Positions 19,702 to 31,357 are shown, numbered from the whole stretch's first letter. The stretch: 63,996 nt of DNA, filler included, from an uncultured bacterium (GCA_964449065.1; 9 parts of 9 records of this genome joined end to end with filler, not necessarily neighbours in it), one strand, 5' to 3'. Notes: generated by a model not told the origin, from the letters alone. Numbers and translations: made by a program.

Positions 19702-19964
19702 ATGCATCAGACAATTGTTGAAGAACAATCAAAAATAACTCTTCCAGCGGAAATCGTCGCGAAGTTAAATCTCATTGCCGGTGATGTACTCAATATTGAA
19801 TTGATAATGGTAAAGTCGTTTTACTTCCAGATCATGATGAAGACCACTTTGATTCGTCAGACATACAACAATCCATTGGTCGAGGTATTAGAGATATAGA
19901 AGAAGGCAAAACACATGGTCCATTTACGAATGCAGATGATCTGATTCAATCACTCAAATCGTAA
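19702..19964 (+). pseudogene. AbrB/MazE/SpoVT-family antitoxin, frameshifted near 19800
   Basis: KITLPAEIVAKLNLIAGDVL, then a shifted frame gives GKVVLLP...RGIRDIEEGKTHGPFTNADDLIQSLKS*. Confidence 0.8.
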
Positions 19965-19969
19965 TCTAA

Positions 19970-20312
19970 AGGAAACTGGAATATTCCGATGAATTTAAAA
20001 AGAAATACAAAATGCTTCCAAAGAACGTTCAAAAACTTGTTGATAAACAACTCGAATTTTTCGCGCTAACCCCATTTCACCCTTCATTGAACTCCAAGAA
20101 AGGAGAAGGCTCAAAAGACCTTTGGCAAGCCAGGATCAATCGGTCATACCGCTTTGCATTTCTCCTACATAATAACACGTATTATATGGTAATACCCCTT
20201 CAAATAAATAATGACTGATAAGCGCGGCGTAAGCCCAGCGAAAGGAAGATGTTAAGTATTCAACATGCAGCCAATCTCAAATAGCATAGGTATAACCATC
20301 TTCCACAAGTAG
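19970..20312 (+). pseudogene. RelE/ParE-like toxin with apparent start loss (AGG) and MITE insertion
   Basis: KLEYSDEFKKKY...PFHPSLNSKK...WQARINRSYRFAF; removing 20193-20295 gives the ending MVTIFHK*. Confidence 0.75.
20193..20292 (+). mobile_element. 100-bp MITE with TAA target-site duplication
   Basis: TAA|TACC...GGTA|TAA; nearly identical to 48628-48727. Confidence 0.9.
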
Positions 20313-20383
20313 TTCAATCACTTGCCTCATGCCCTGTATTTTCATACCCTGTAGGTATACACCCTAACCGATGGAGATCATTT

Positions 20384-21409
20384 ATGCAAATCAGCAATAT
20401 GCGCTACCGGCCGATGGGCAACTGCGGCATGAAACTCAGCGAACTCAGCCTCGGCAGTTGGCTCACGTATGGCGACGATGTCACCGACTCGGCATTGATC
20501 AAACAACTCGTGCACCAAGCCTTTGACGCGGGCATTAACTTTTTCGATATCGCCGATGTCTACGCGCGCGGCGGGGCTGAACAGGCGCTGAATCCGATCA
20601 TCAAAGAATTTCCGCGCCATCATTTGGTATTGTCCAGCAAAGTGTTTTGGCCGATGAGCGATCATGTCAACGACCGCGGCCTCTCACGCAAACACATCAT
20701 GGAATCCATCGACAACAGCCTCAAACGCCTGGGCACGGATTATCTCGATATCTATTTCTGCCACCGCTATGATACCGATACCCCGCTGGAAGAAACCATT
20801 CGCGCGATGGATGATTTGGTGCATCAGGGCAAGGTGCTGTATTGGGGAACCAGCGTGTGGTCGGGAGACCAACTGCGCGATACCCACCGTCTGTGCCGCG
20901 AACGGGGATACTATGCGCCGCAGGTCGAGCAGCCGCAGTACAGCCTCTTGTGCCGCAAAGATGTCGAAATTGATGTGCAGCCCGCCGCCACCGAAGCGGG
21001 TATGGGCTTGGTGTTATGGAGTCCGCTGGCATTTGGACTGCTTACTGGAAAGTATGATGACAAAATCCCCGGTGACGCGCGGCTGGCGAAACAGGAATGG
21101 CTGAAAGACATGCACCTGAACGATACCAACATTGGGCGCGTCAAACAGATGAAAGCCATCGCGGATGAATTGGGCTGTACGCGGGCGCAACTGTCATTGG
21201 CATGGCTGCTGAAGCAGCCGGGAGTCTCCAGCGTCATCACCGGGGCAACCAAGCCGGAACAATTGCAAGACAATCTTGGGGCATTGAATGTAACGGTCAC
21301 CGATGAGGTGAATCAGAAACTAAAAGACTTATTTGCGTATCAAACAAATGGGAGGGCGGGGCTCCCGCCGAGCCGGAAACACTCTAACAAGTATGGAGAG
21401 AGAAGATGA
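20384..21409 (+). CDS. Aldo/keto reductase (Kv-beta/Tas-like)
   Basis: SLGSWLTYG, GINFFDIADVY, GLSRKHIMES, HRYD, WSPLAFGLLTGKY. Confidence 0.93.
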   Translation: MQISNMRYRPMGNCGMKLSELSLGSWLTYGDDVTDSALIKQLVHQAFDAGINFFDIADVYARGGAEQALNPIIKEFPRHHLVLSSKVFWPMSDHVNDRGLSRKHIMESIDNSLKRLGTDYLDIYFCHRYDTDTPLEETIRAMDDLVHQGKVLYWGTSVWSGDQLRDTHRLCRERGYYAPQVEQPQYSLLCRKDVEIDVQPAATEAGMGLVLWSPLAFGLLTGKYDDKIPGDARLAKQEWLKDMHLNDTNIGRVKQMKAIADELGCTRAQLSLAWLLKQPGVSSVITGATKPEQLQDNLGALNVTVTDEVNQKLKDLFAYQTNGRAGLPPSRKHSNKYGERR

Positions 21410-22347
21410 ATCGATCTGTATCATATCTCATTGCAGCAATGTTCATGTTTGGCATCCTTCAAGCGCAAGCGGATGACAAAGTTATGATACCAGCAATTGA
21501 CGGGGATTGGTGGCAGGTATCTGGTGATCCGGATTTGGGGAAATACACCACCGAAGAACAGCAGCCGGTTGACTTTGGAGTATGGCAAGCGGAAGACGGG
21601 ACCTGGCAGTTGTGGTCCTGCATTCGTCATACCGCGGTGGGCGGCAACACCCGCCTGTTTTACCGCTGGCAGGGGGATCATCTAACCGATTCGGATTGGG
21701 ATCCGATGGGGATTGCGCTGATTGCCGACCCCAACTTTGGGGAATCGCCGGGCGGGTTGCAGGCGCCGCATGTAATGCAGATTCTCGGCGTGTATCACAT
21801 GTTTTACGGCGATTGGCAGAACATCTGTCTGGCGCGCAGTTGGGACGGCAAAACCTTCGCGCGGCGTTTGAACGGCCGAAAACAATCCCGCCTGTTTTCG
21901 CACGGCCCCGACCTGCACACCCGCGACGCGATGGTCATCCCCATCCACGGCAAATTTTATTGCTATTACACCGCCATTGAAAACGAGCAGGGCAAAATCT
22001 TTTGCCGCATATCCGATGACCTGCGTGATTGGAGCGAACCCATCACCGTGGCATTCGGCGGGCAGGCGGGCAAAGGCAAGTGGGATGTGGAATGCCCGCA
22101 TGTTGTGTATTATGATGAGCATTACTACCTCTTCAGCACGCAGCAATATGGCAAAAACATGACCACATCCATCTACCGCTCGAAAGACCCGCTCAACTTC
22201 GGCATCGATGACGACCGTTATCATGTCCACACCATGCCGCTGGCAGCCCCGGAAGTGATACTCCATCACGGTGAATTCTACCTCGCCACACTGATGCGCA
22301 GCTTGAAGGGGATTAAGATCGCTAAGATGAAATGGGTGGAGAAATGA
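21406..22347 (+). CDS. Secreted five-bladed beta-propeller glycoside hydrolase (GH43/32-like)
   Basis: Signal peptide; QAPHV, RDAMV, ECPHV, AAPEV blade motifs. Confidence 0.7.
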   Translation: MNRSVSYLIAAMFMFGILQAQADDKVMIPAIDGDWWQVSGDPDLGKYTTEEQQPVDFGVWQAEDGTWQLWSCIRHTAVGGNTRLFYRWQGDHLTDSDWDPMGIALIADPNFGESPGGLQAPHVMQILGVYHMFYGDWQNICLARSWDGKTFARRLNGRKQSRLFSHGPDLHTRDAMVIPIHGKFYCYYTAIENEQGKIFCRISDDLRDWSEPITVAFGGQAGKGKWDVECPHVVYYDEHYYLFSTQQYGKNMTTSIYRSKDPLNFGIDDDRYHVHTMPLAAPEVILHHGEFYLATLMRSLKGIKIAKMKWVEK

Positions 22348-22550
22348 AAGAGAAAGAACAGACGAAATATAAAATCCAAAGTCTCTACTAAAGTGTCAAC
22401 GAATTATTGACGGGTATCGATCCCCAATATTCTCCCCCCAAGATTGTGGGGAGTTTGAGGGGGGTGATGATCGAGCGGTCAATCCCACCCTAATCCTCCC
22501 CAGTCTTGAGGGGGGAATTCGCATCACACAAAATTAAATTGAAACCGTAT

Positions 22551-22636
22551 CACTTGGCCTCTGCTGAATTCTGCCCACCCGTCCTGTCACCTCTCAATGA
22601 CGGCGGTACAAGGCAAAAGTTCCCTGCCGGGCGCAC
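22551..22636 (-). mobile_element. Internally deleted class C group II intron fragment (5' end joined to a domain II/III-like segment)
   Basis: Minus strand starts GTGCGCCCGGCAGGG and contains GGGCAGAATTCAGCAGAGGCCAAGT. Confidence 0.6.
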
Positions 22637-22643
22637 AGACCAA

Positions 22644-22696
22644 ATCGAGTAGGGTAAGATAGGATGGATCATCCTATCTTATCCCTCTCACAGAAC
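22644..22696 (-). mobile_element. Group II intron 3' end (end of D5 plus D6), truncated by contig edge
   Basis: GTTCTGT-GAGAGGGATAAGATAGGAT-loop-ATCCTATCTTACCCT-A-CTCGAT: D6 stem with bulged A and AT terminus. Confidence 0.8.
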
Positions 22697-22796
22697 NNNN
22701 NNNNNNNNNNNNNNNNNNNNNNNNNNNNNNNNNNNNNNNNTTAATTAATTAANNNNNNNNNNNNNNNNNNNNNNNNNNNNNNNNNNNNNNNNNNNN

Positions 22797-23160
22797 ACCG
22801 TCGAATCTCTCTTCGTCCGTGATTGGCCTCTTCTGTCTCATAATAATCCGACTCGAGGCCACTGAAATCCGTCTCAAACGCCTGCTGAAACATCTCGATG
22901 ATCCCGGTAGATTCAATCGGCAGCAGCCGCAACCGCCGGCCGTGGAACTCACCACCAAACTAAGCCGACGTGAATTGGACGTATTTATCACGCTGGGCCG
23001 CGAACGCTCGCGCAAGGAGATTGCCGAAAAACTCAACGTCAGCCTGCCCACCGTCAACAGCTACATCGAGCGGATGAAGAAAAAACTCGAGCTCGAATCC
23101 ACCACCCAACTGGTTTATCATGCCATCAAATATACGATAGACCAACACGGCAACCCATAA
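22797..23160 (+). CDS. LuxR/NarL-type HTH regulator, 5' probably truncated
   Basis: LSRRELDVF...KEIAEKLNVSLPTVNSYIERMKKKL. Confidence 0.85.
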
Positions 23161-23187
23161 ATCATGTAGTAGATATACCACACGAGA

Positions 23188-23274
23188 TGCCGTATATCCA
23201 CGGCACACATGCCATATTTCTACGGCATCCCCTGCCGTATATTTCACGGCATAAAAAACGTAGATTCGACGGCA
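23188..23274. promoter_or_regulatory. Four tandem palindromic boxes TGCCGT-N6/7-ACGGCA
   Basis: 23188-23205, 23210-23227, 23233-23251, 23257-23274; period about 22-24 bp. Confidence 0.7.
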
Positions 23275-23452
23275 TACAACCCCACCCTGTTTTGCTATAG
23301 TTCCTTCTCAGTTGGATACCGTTGCGGGTTTGATCCCGGTATACTTCAAGCAATATTTATGTTCCATAGGATCAAATCGAAAGAACGAACATCTTCAGTC
23401 AAGTGTTATGACTAAAATAACTTTGTTTTATAGGTGAATACGTACAGAAGAA

Positions 23453-26400
23453 ATGAAAATCAAATCTTACATCCACATACTATGCATTTGCACTTTGTTT
23501 GCCGGCGGTTCATTAATGTCGTTTGGTATTGATGCCGATTCGCTGGTCGAATTTATAGAAGAATTTCAGGATGGCAATGGTCCAGATCTCAATGGCGACG
23601 GGATTTCCAATCATCTGGATTTAATACGATTTATTCAACTTTGGAAATCGACTGAAGAAAACCTTGTTCCAAATCCTCCTGTGATTACTGTCTTTCCAGA
23701 AATGACACGCGAACTGACCATTCCCTTTATAGGAACAGCACAACCGAATCAAGTGATCGAAATTTCGGGTGGTGCGGAATCGGTTCGAACAATCGTAGAT
23801 TCATCGGGCCAATTTCAATCCAGTGTAAACTTGTTGCCCAATCGAGTGAATCGGCTATTTGTAACCTCAATCAATGCTGTGGGTACCCGAAGTTCTCCCG
23901 TATCAATCCATATAATTCACGATTCACAACCCCCATTTTTGTATACTGATGAACCGTTTGATCAACAAGAATTAATTCAAGATAAAGTCACGGTTACTGG
24001 GCGTGTCAGTGATATGATCAGTGGTTTTATGGGATTAAATGTGACCGTTAACGGTTTGCAAGCAGACGTTGAAGAGGGCATCGGGACCAATGGAACGTTT
24101 GCTCTTGCGGATGTTCCTTTAGCAATGGGTGAAAACCCTATCCGTGTAGTAGCCACCGATGAATTAGGCAATGTATCCACTCAAGACATATCCGTATTTC
24201 GAAGAGAACCCGTTGGCCCTCATATTCAGATCGTATCTGGAAACAATCAATCCGGCTCAATAATGTCTTTTTTGCCGGAACCGATAGTGGTTCGTGTTGT
24301 AAACGGAGATGGGACACCATTCGCCGATAAAGTGGTAAATCTGGAAGTGAGCCGAAGCAATGGCAGGGTATCTTCTGATGGTCCCACAGCGGTATCTCAA
24401 AACGGCATGATGCTGCAGTTGCGCACTAACAATGAGGGGTTGGCCCAAGCGTATTGGCGGTTGGGCATGGATGCCGGCTGTGGAAACAACCGGATTTCTA
24501 TTACAAGTAATGGAATTGATGGTACGGCATTTTTTTGTGCTTCAGCCATGCCTGGACAAGCCAAACAGATCAACATCGGTACCGGAAACAATCAAAGAGT
24601 GGAAACCAACGCAATCGCCCCGGAACCATTAGAAGTGTGGGTTAGTGATGGATGTAATGGAATCGAATCGGTACCTGTTACATTCTCCGTTTTACGGGGA
24701 ACCGGTCAGGTAAATGGTGAAGATCAAGTCACAATTAACACTTCATCGACTGGTCATGCTCAGGTCGTGTTTCAGACAGGTCCAACTTCAGGGAACAATT
24801 TAGTAGTAGCGAATTTTGAAGGGAACCAAGGATCTCCAGCTCAGTTTGTCATTTTGGGATTGGATCGCTCGGATAACCCCACTTCTTTATCGGATGTCGT
24901 GCTCGACAATTCCGGATCCCCTATTGCAGGGGCTTTATGCAAGTTGGAAATGTTTGGGGAAACCGTGGCAGAAACAGTTTCCAATTTACAAGGACAATTC
25001 TTGTTTACCGATATTCCAGACGGTCCTGCCCATTTACTGGTAGACGGCTTGCAAGCAACAGCCGTTGGTGGACAAACCATTCCACAAGGAAGTTACCCCT
25101 CATTGGGATATGATCTAATCATCGTGCCTAATGCAGAAAATCGTTTGCCGCAATCGGTTCTCTTGCCTCCGCTAAATGCAGAAAATGCGGTTGTGTTTGA
25201 TAACACTGAAGACGTTGAATTAACGGTTGATGGAATTGAGGGATTGATGATGAAGGTGAGTGCCGGTTCTATGACCCTGCCTGACGGTTCTGTGCCTTCT
25301 GAAGACAATCCCGTCATTATTGCGTTAAATCAGGTACATTTTGATGATATTCCCATGCCGATGCCGGACGGAGCAGCCCCTCCGTTTGCTTGGACTTTAC
25401 AACCGAGCGGCGCTACATTTGACCCGCCCATTCAAATTGAGTACCCGAATATGAGCGGCCTTCCGCCCGGTTCGTTATCCTATTTTCTCAGTTTCAATCA
25501 CGATACAGAAAACTTTGAGATTGTTGCGACAGGCTCCGTGAATGACGAAGGTTCTACAATCACTACCGATCCAGGCGCAGGACTGAACGTAGCCGGTTGG
25601 GGCTGCAACTGCCCTCCCTATGCCGTAACCGGAATGTGTGAAGGAAATGCGGTTCCTCCCATCCCGGAAAAGAAACCCAGTAACCTGCCGGAAGGAACGC
25701 CGGAGGAACAAGAACCTGTATACAATTGTCCGCCATCGCCCAGTGATGTGGGTTGTCCGGAAAATGATCCCTGTAAGCCGCCTGATTCTGTACAAGACCC
25801 TGTTTATTTGCATTCCGGTGAATATTACCTTGAAGTTGAAGATTTGCGCATCAAGGGGCGGGGAATGGATTTTGTCTGGTCACGGAAATACCGATCTCAA
25901 CTCGGCCCCAACACCGCGATGGGAAGCGGCTGGGATTTTTCTTACAACCTGTTTTTGCTGCCGGAAGAAGGCAACATCGTCGTTTGTGACGGTAACTCCA
26001 GACGGGATCTGTACAGACCGCAGGAAGATGGCACTTGGTGCCGGGAAGAATTTTTCCGCTCGATCGTCGAAAACCCCGATGGTTCGTTAACCATGCTGCA
26101 TGAAGATCAAAAGCAGTGGAACTTTCATGCATTTGACGGTTCGGCGATGGCCGGAAAAATCGAAAGCATTGTTGACCGCAACGGCAATACCATTTCGTTC
26201 GCGTACGAAGATCAGGGCCGACTGATGACCGTCACGGATACATTAGACCGTGAGATTGAAATCGCCTACAACCCAGACGGCTTTATCGAAGCGGTTGTAG
26301 ATTATACAGGACGCGCGGTTGTTTATGACTACTATCAAGACGGAGACAGCAACGGCGGTTTTGGTGATCTGAAATCGGTTAGGTCTCCTACCGTAACCGG

Positions 26401-29400
26401 TACCCCCAATGGTAATGACTTTTCTGAAGGAAAGACGATCACTTATACCTATACAACTGGATTCGATGACGAACAACTCAATCACAATCTATTAACCGTG
26501 ACTGACGGCCGCCGCAACGACTCTAACGATCCTACCTTTGGCGAGGGACCGTACATCCAAAACATTTATTCGGACGAAACCGATCCCAATGCAATCCTCT
26601 ATGACCGTGTCGTGCGCCAGGTTTGGGGCGGCGGTATCGTAGATATCGCCTATGCGGAAGTGGAACCAACCGAAGAAAATGGATTCGCTGATATCAAAGC
26701 CATCGTAAACGACCGGGTCGGAAATGTGGAAGAATATTTTTACGACCGGCGTAACCGAAATGTGATCACGCGTGAATTTACGGGACGCGCTCTTCCGGAT
26801 CAACCCACAACGGAAACCGAAAACCGGCCTTCAAGTCCTCTCCGCACCGATGATCCGGCGTTTTTTGAAACCAGTTATATCTGGAACGAAGAATCACTTC
26901 TTCGAGCCACAATCCATCCCCGCGGCAACACGACCGTGAATACCTACGAATCCGATATTAATCCGGACGCGCCGCAGCGAATGCGCGGCAATTTGGTTGA
27001 GCGGCTTCGGTTTGCTCAAACTACATCCGATCCGAACGGGTTTTCAAGCGATCAACAAGTGATAAAAGAAGAATTTGAATATGATACCGACTTTTTTACC
27101 GGCGCCTGCTGCGGATTCAACTTCGTTACGCGCCATGTGGACGGGCGCGGCAACGAAACGCTGCATGATTACGATGAACGCGGCAACCGTATCCGATCAC
27201 AACATCGCATAACCTCGATCGTTGAAGAGTTTGAGTACAACCAATTCGGTCAACTCACGGCCCACATTCTGCCGGATAACGGAAGCAGCCACCGCCGCCG
27301 GGATGAATATACCTACTACGAATCCGGTCCACAGCGCGGGTATCTCAATGAAGAAATCATGGATGCCGGTGGATTCTCCCTTACCACAGTCTATGAATAT
27401 GACTTAGTCGGCAACGTGATTCGCCAAATTGACCCGCGGGGGAACGATACCCAATACATCGTCAATGAACTCGATCAAGTTGTGCGCGAAATCTCCCGCG
27501 AAGTGGAGGCAGGAAGCGGCATCCGCTATGAAAAAGACTTCTTTTATGATGCCAACAACAATCTATCTCGTCTTGATATTCAAAACGTGAATGAAGATGG
27601 AGAAATACAGGACAACACGCATTTCACAAATACCTATGAATATGACATCTTAAATTATGTAACCCGTTCGACGGAAGAAGTTTCTTCGGATCATTTGATC
27701 GTCACCGAATATGAATATGACTTGAATCGTAACCAAACCCTGGTTCGCTATGGCGAAGCCACGAATGAAAATCAGCCGGAAAATGTTGTGGTAAAACGCT
27801 ATGATGAAAGAGATCTCCTGTTTCAGGAAATCCGGGCGCCGGGGCATGAAGATCAATCTACCACACAATACGACTACGACAACAACCGCAACCCGATAAC
27901 TGTGAGTGTCGGGTTGGAAAATACCCCGCGGATTCACCGCTATGTTTACGACGGCTTTGAACGGCTCGTCCAAACGGTTGATCCAATGGGAAATGTATCG
28001 ACAACGGTTTATGACGCGAATCACAATAAACTGCGCACCCGCGTGGAAGGGGAACTGAATGACAGACCGGGAAGTGACGAAAATTTACGATTGCGGGAAA
28101 ACCGCTATGTATATGATCCGATGGACCGCTTGATCCGGGCCGATCAAGCGTTCTTTGATTCGGTGACTCTGTTGCAATTGGAAGACGGTCAATCCACCAC
28201 GGAAACCATTTGGAGCGACAACTCGCAAGTGCTGCGGGTCACCAACGACAACAACCACAACACGCTGCTGGCATATGACACCGCGAACCGCAACAGCATC
28301 GTGAACGACGCCAAGCAAAACCAAATCGTGTATGAATACGACAAAAACTCCAACGTGATAGCGATGCTGGAAATCGAAAAATCCGATCTGGGAAATCCCG
28401 ATGAAGAATTTTTAACGCAGTATGGCTACGACGGCCTCGACCGCTTGATCGAAACGATAGACAGTTCCGGCAATGTGATGGAGTACCGCTACGATTCACG
28501 CGACAACCAAACCGTGATGATCGACGCTTTGCGTCCCGATCCCAGCACGGATTCCGGCAACATTACCCGTTATGAGTATGACGGCATCAACCGATTAATC
28601 TCGACCTCCAAACTATTGACGGATGATGGAACCGGTACAGGCAATGAAACCGGCCGTATCGTTACCACCCAAACATGGGATGATACATCAAGATTGATCG
28701 CGCAAACGGATGATAACGGCAACATCACACAATATGCTTACGATCCATTGAACCGGCAAACCGCCACAATCTATGCCGACGGTACAGCGATGACGTATGA
28801 GTATGATGTGCATGATAACCGGATTCAAATGACAGACGCCAACGGCAGTGTTTCGATCAGCACGTATGATTTACTGAACCGCGTGATTGAAACCAACATC
28901 ACACCTGCCGCCAATGTATCGGACGACACCACCTTTGAGCGCTACCAATACGATGGGCTTTCACGTTTGGTAATGGCGGAAGACGATGATTCTGTTGTGC
29001 AGCGGCGTTACGATTCGCTTGACAATGTGGTGTTGGAAACACTGAATGATGAATCAACCATTTCGGTGTATGACGGGGTTGGCAACCTTCTGACCTGCGT
29101 GTATCCCAGCGGACGTGCCATCCAATGCACTTATGATGAGTTGGAGCGCAAGCAAACCGTAACCGATGCCGACGGTCTGATTGCCACGTACCACTATACC
29201 GGCCCCAACCGGGTAGAGCGTTGCGAGCTGGGTAACGGAACGGTAACCGATATCGCGTATGACGGTATTCAGGGTATCGCGAATCCCGAAGGTGATTTTG
29301 GCGTCAAACAAAAAATCCGAACTACTCACACCCGCGAGTCCGACGGTTTTATGATTGATGATCGCATCTACACCTGGGATCCCATGCAGAACAAAACTTC

Positions 29401-30225
29401 CCGCGTGGATGTAGTAGAAAATGGGCGAGGCTTGGCGCATCAATACACGTATGACTCCATCTACCGCATGAACCGTTCGGTGCAAAGCGATGACACGCGG
29501 GTATTGGATACCATCGAGTATGACTTGGATGGCGCCGGCAACCGCAACGAAATCGCGGGTGGGGATAACCCCGGTACCTATACCTTGGATGAAACGCTCC
29601 CCGAACCGGCGGACTTCCAGGTCAACCAATACACCACTGCCCCCAGGGAACAGCGCACACACGATGCCAATGGCAACCTTACGTCCATCAATGTCGAGTC
29701 GTCTGGAAACATGATTTTTGTATATGACTACCGCAACCAAATGGTTGCCTATGCGGATGAACAAGGCGGAGTGACCGCGGAATATGGCTATGACGCACTG
29801 GGACGCCGCATATCCCGCACGGTTGATGGTGAGACCACTCTCTACTTTTACACCAATGACCGCGTCTGCGAAGAACAGGACGGCGGCAACGCGGTAGAGG
29901 CCACGTATGTTTACGGGCGCTACATCGATGAAGTCATCACCATGCAGCGCAATGAAATGGATTACTTCTACCACACGGATGATCTTTACAACGTGATGAA
30001 GGTTACAGATTTAGAAGGCAATATTGCCGAAGGCTATGAATACGGCGATTACGGCCAACTGCAAATCTTGGATGCTAACGGGAATCCTTTAACAGAATCC
30101 GCAATCGGCAACCCCTACAACTTCACCGGACGGCGCTACGACCCCGAAACCGGATTCTACTACTACCGCACCCGCTACCTCGACCCCATCGCCGGCCGCT
30201 TCACCACCCGCGACACCATCGGCAT
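23453..30225 (+). CDS. Large secreted RHS/YD-repeat protein (signal peptide, dockerin/EF-hand-like motif, Ig-like domains, DUF6531-like, RHS core); C-terminus lost at contig end
   Basis: DPVYLHSGEY, many YD repeats, NPYNFTGRRYDPETGFYYYRTRYLDP..GRFTTRDTIG. Confidence 0.93.
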
Positions 30226-30325
30226 NNNNNNNNNNNNNNNNNNNNNNNNNNNNNNNNNNNNNNNNNNNNTTAATTAATTAANNNNNNNNNNNNNNNNNNN
30301 NNNNNNNNNNNNNNNNNNNNNNNNN

Positions 30326-30432
30326 GCCGGGGCGCCGCCTGCTTCTTCCAGACACGCTTCCAGATACAACCGGATATCTTCATCCGTTTTCAAGTGTTCC
30401 GCGGAATCCCACCTTGTGGTTTGAGCCGTCAT
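30326..30432 (-). CDS. Addiction-module antidote (HI1420-like), truncated by contig edge
   Basis: MTAQTTRWDSAEHLKTDEDIRLYLEACLEEA; near-copy of 35464-35555. Confidence 0.8.
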
Positions 30433-30626
30433 TGCCGACCTCCGACTTCGTTGATGGAAAGATTTCTACAGATTTTCTTGGCGAGTTGATTGGGGATTTC
30501 GGTGTGGCGGGGTATGGATTCAACCGCTCCGGTGTTGGGGTTGATCCAAAGGGAATGAGATGCCCCTTCACGCTTTAGGTGGCAGCCGTGTTTGCGGAGA
30601 TGTTTCAGCAGGGTATTTCGCTTCAT
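30429..30626 (-). CDS. hicA: HicA-family toxin
   Basis: LLKHLRKHGCHLKREGASHSLW...IPRHTEI. Confidence 0.92.
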   Translation of the reverse strand: MKRNTLLKHLRKHGCHLKREGASHSLWINPNTGAVESIPRHTEIPNQLAKKICRNLSINEVGGRQ

Positions 30627-30838
30627 TCGACGACGATGGTTTCGCGTTCGACATCTTCCGGAACGCCGCGCAGGCCATCCTCACGGCGGTCTTCAAGGAT
30701 CAGAGCGATGGCTTCTTGCAGGCTTTGGAGCGCTTCCGCTTTGGTGCGCCCCTGGCCGTTGGCTCCGGGTATTTCAGGAGAATAGGCGATGAACCAACCT
30801 TCGTCTTGCTCGACCACTGCGGTGAATTCGTTGTGCAT
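30623..30838 (-). CDS. hicB: HicB-family antitoxin
   Basis: WFIAYSPEIPGANGQGRTKAEALQSLQEAI. Confidence 0.92.
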   Translation of the reverse strand: MHNEFTAVVEQDEGWFIAYSPEIPGANGQGRTKAEALQSLQEAIALILEDRREDGLRGVPEDVERETIVVE

Positions 30839-31042
30839 TTATGCTCTCCTTAAATCTAGAACCGGTTCATTGTGCTCGATGAGGCTTTCGATGTAGCCTT
30901 CGATGGCTTCTTTGATCATGGCGCGGGCTTCTTCGACGGTTTCGCCGTACGAAATGCAGCCGGGCAGGCTGGGCACCAGCACGGTGAAGCCGCCTTCCGG
31001 CTCGGGACGGAGGATGATGTTGTATTGGCGTGAGTGAGTCAT
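30839..31042 (-). CDS. hicB: Second HicB-family antitoxin, C-terminus apparently clipped, no cognate HicA
   Basis: PEPEGGFTVLVPSLPGCISYGETVEEARAMIKEAI. Confidence 0.85.
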   Translation of the reverse strand: MTHSRQYNIILRPEPEGGFTVLVPSLPGCISYGETVEEARAMIKEAIEGYIESLIEHNEPVLDLRRA

Positions 31043-31357
31043 GGGTTTGCTTTCTGCATGTTTCATTCTGGAAAGTATATCATAGTTTGGCGGGTTGGAC
31101 AAAAGGGTCTACCGCAAGGGCAGACGGGCGGGCTTGCCCTTGGTGCCCGGCCGTCCTGGTTTTTTTGTCCAAACATTGGGGAGAAGGTTAGTGGTCCTAT
31201 CAATTGTACATTCTCCTAGGTGAATAGTTCAAATCATTCTTGTTAATTACTTGTTAATAGTATTTTGTACACTTTACAAATATTCCCTTACAATTTAATT
31301 TTCAACCAAAAAACAAGTGGCTTGATTTTAAGAAAAATAAAAGGAGAGACGAAGACA

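Noticed and set aside
23188..23274. Possible mini-CRISPR
   Set aside because: Spacers are only 4-5 bp, the repeats are degenerate, and no cas genes are present
29054..29974. Long antisense and alternate-frame ORFs (also 11748-12425, 21682-22269, 62363-62863)
   Set aside because: Shadows of well-supported genes, with no motifs or RBS
30225..30626. HicA/antidote as toxin tip or immunity gene of the RHS protein
   Set aside because: They lie on a different contig across a linker
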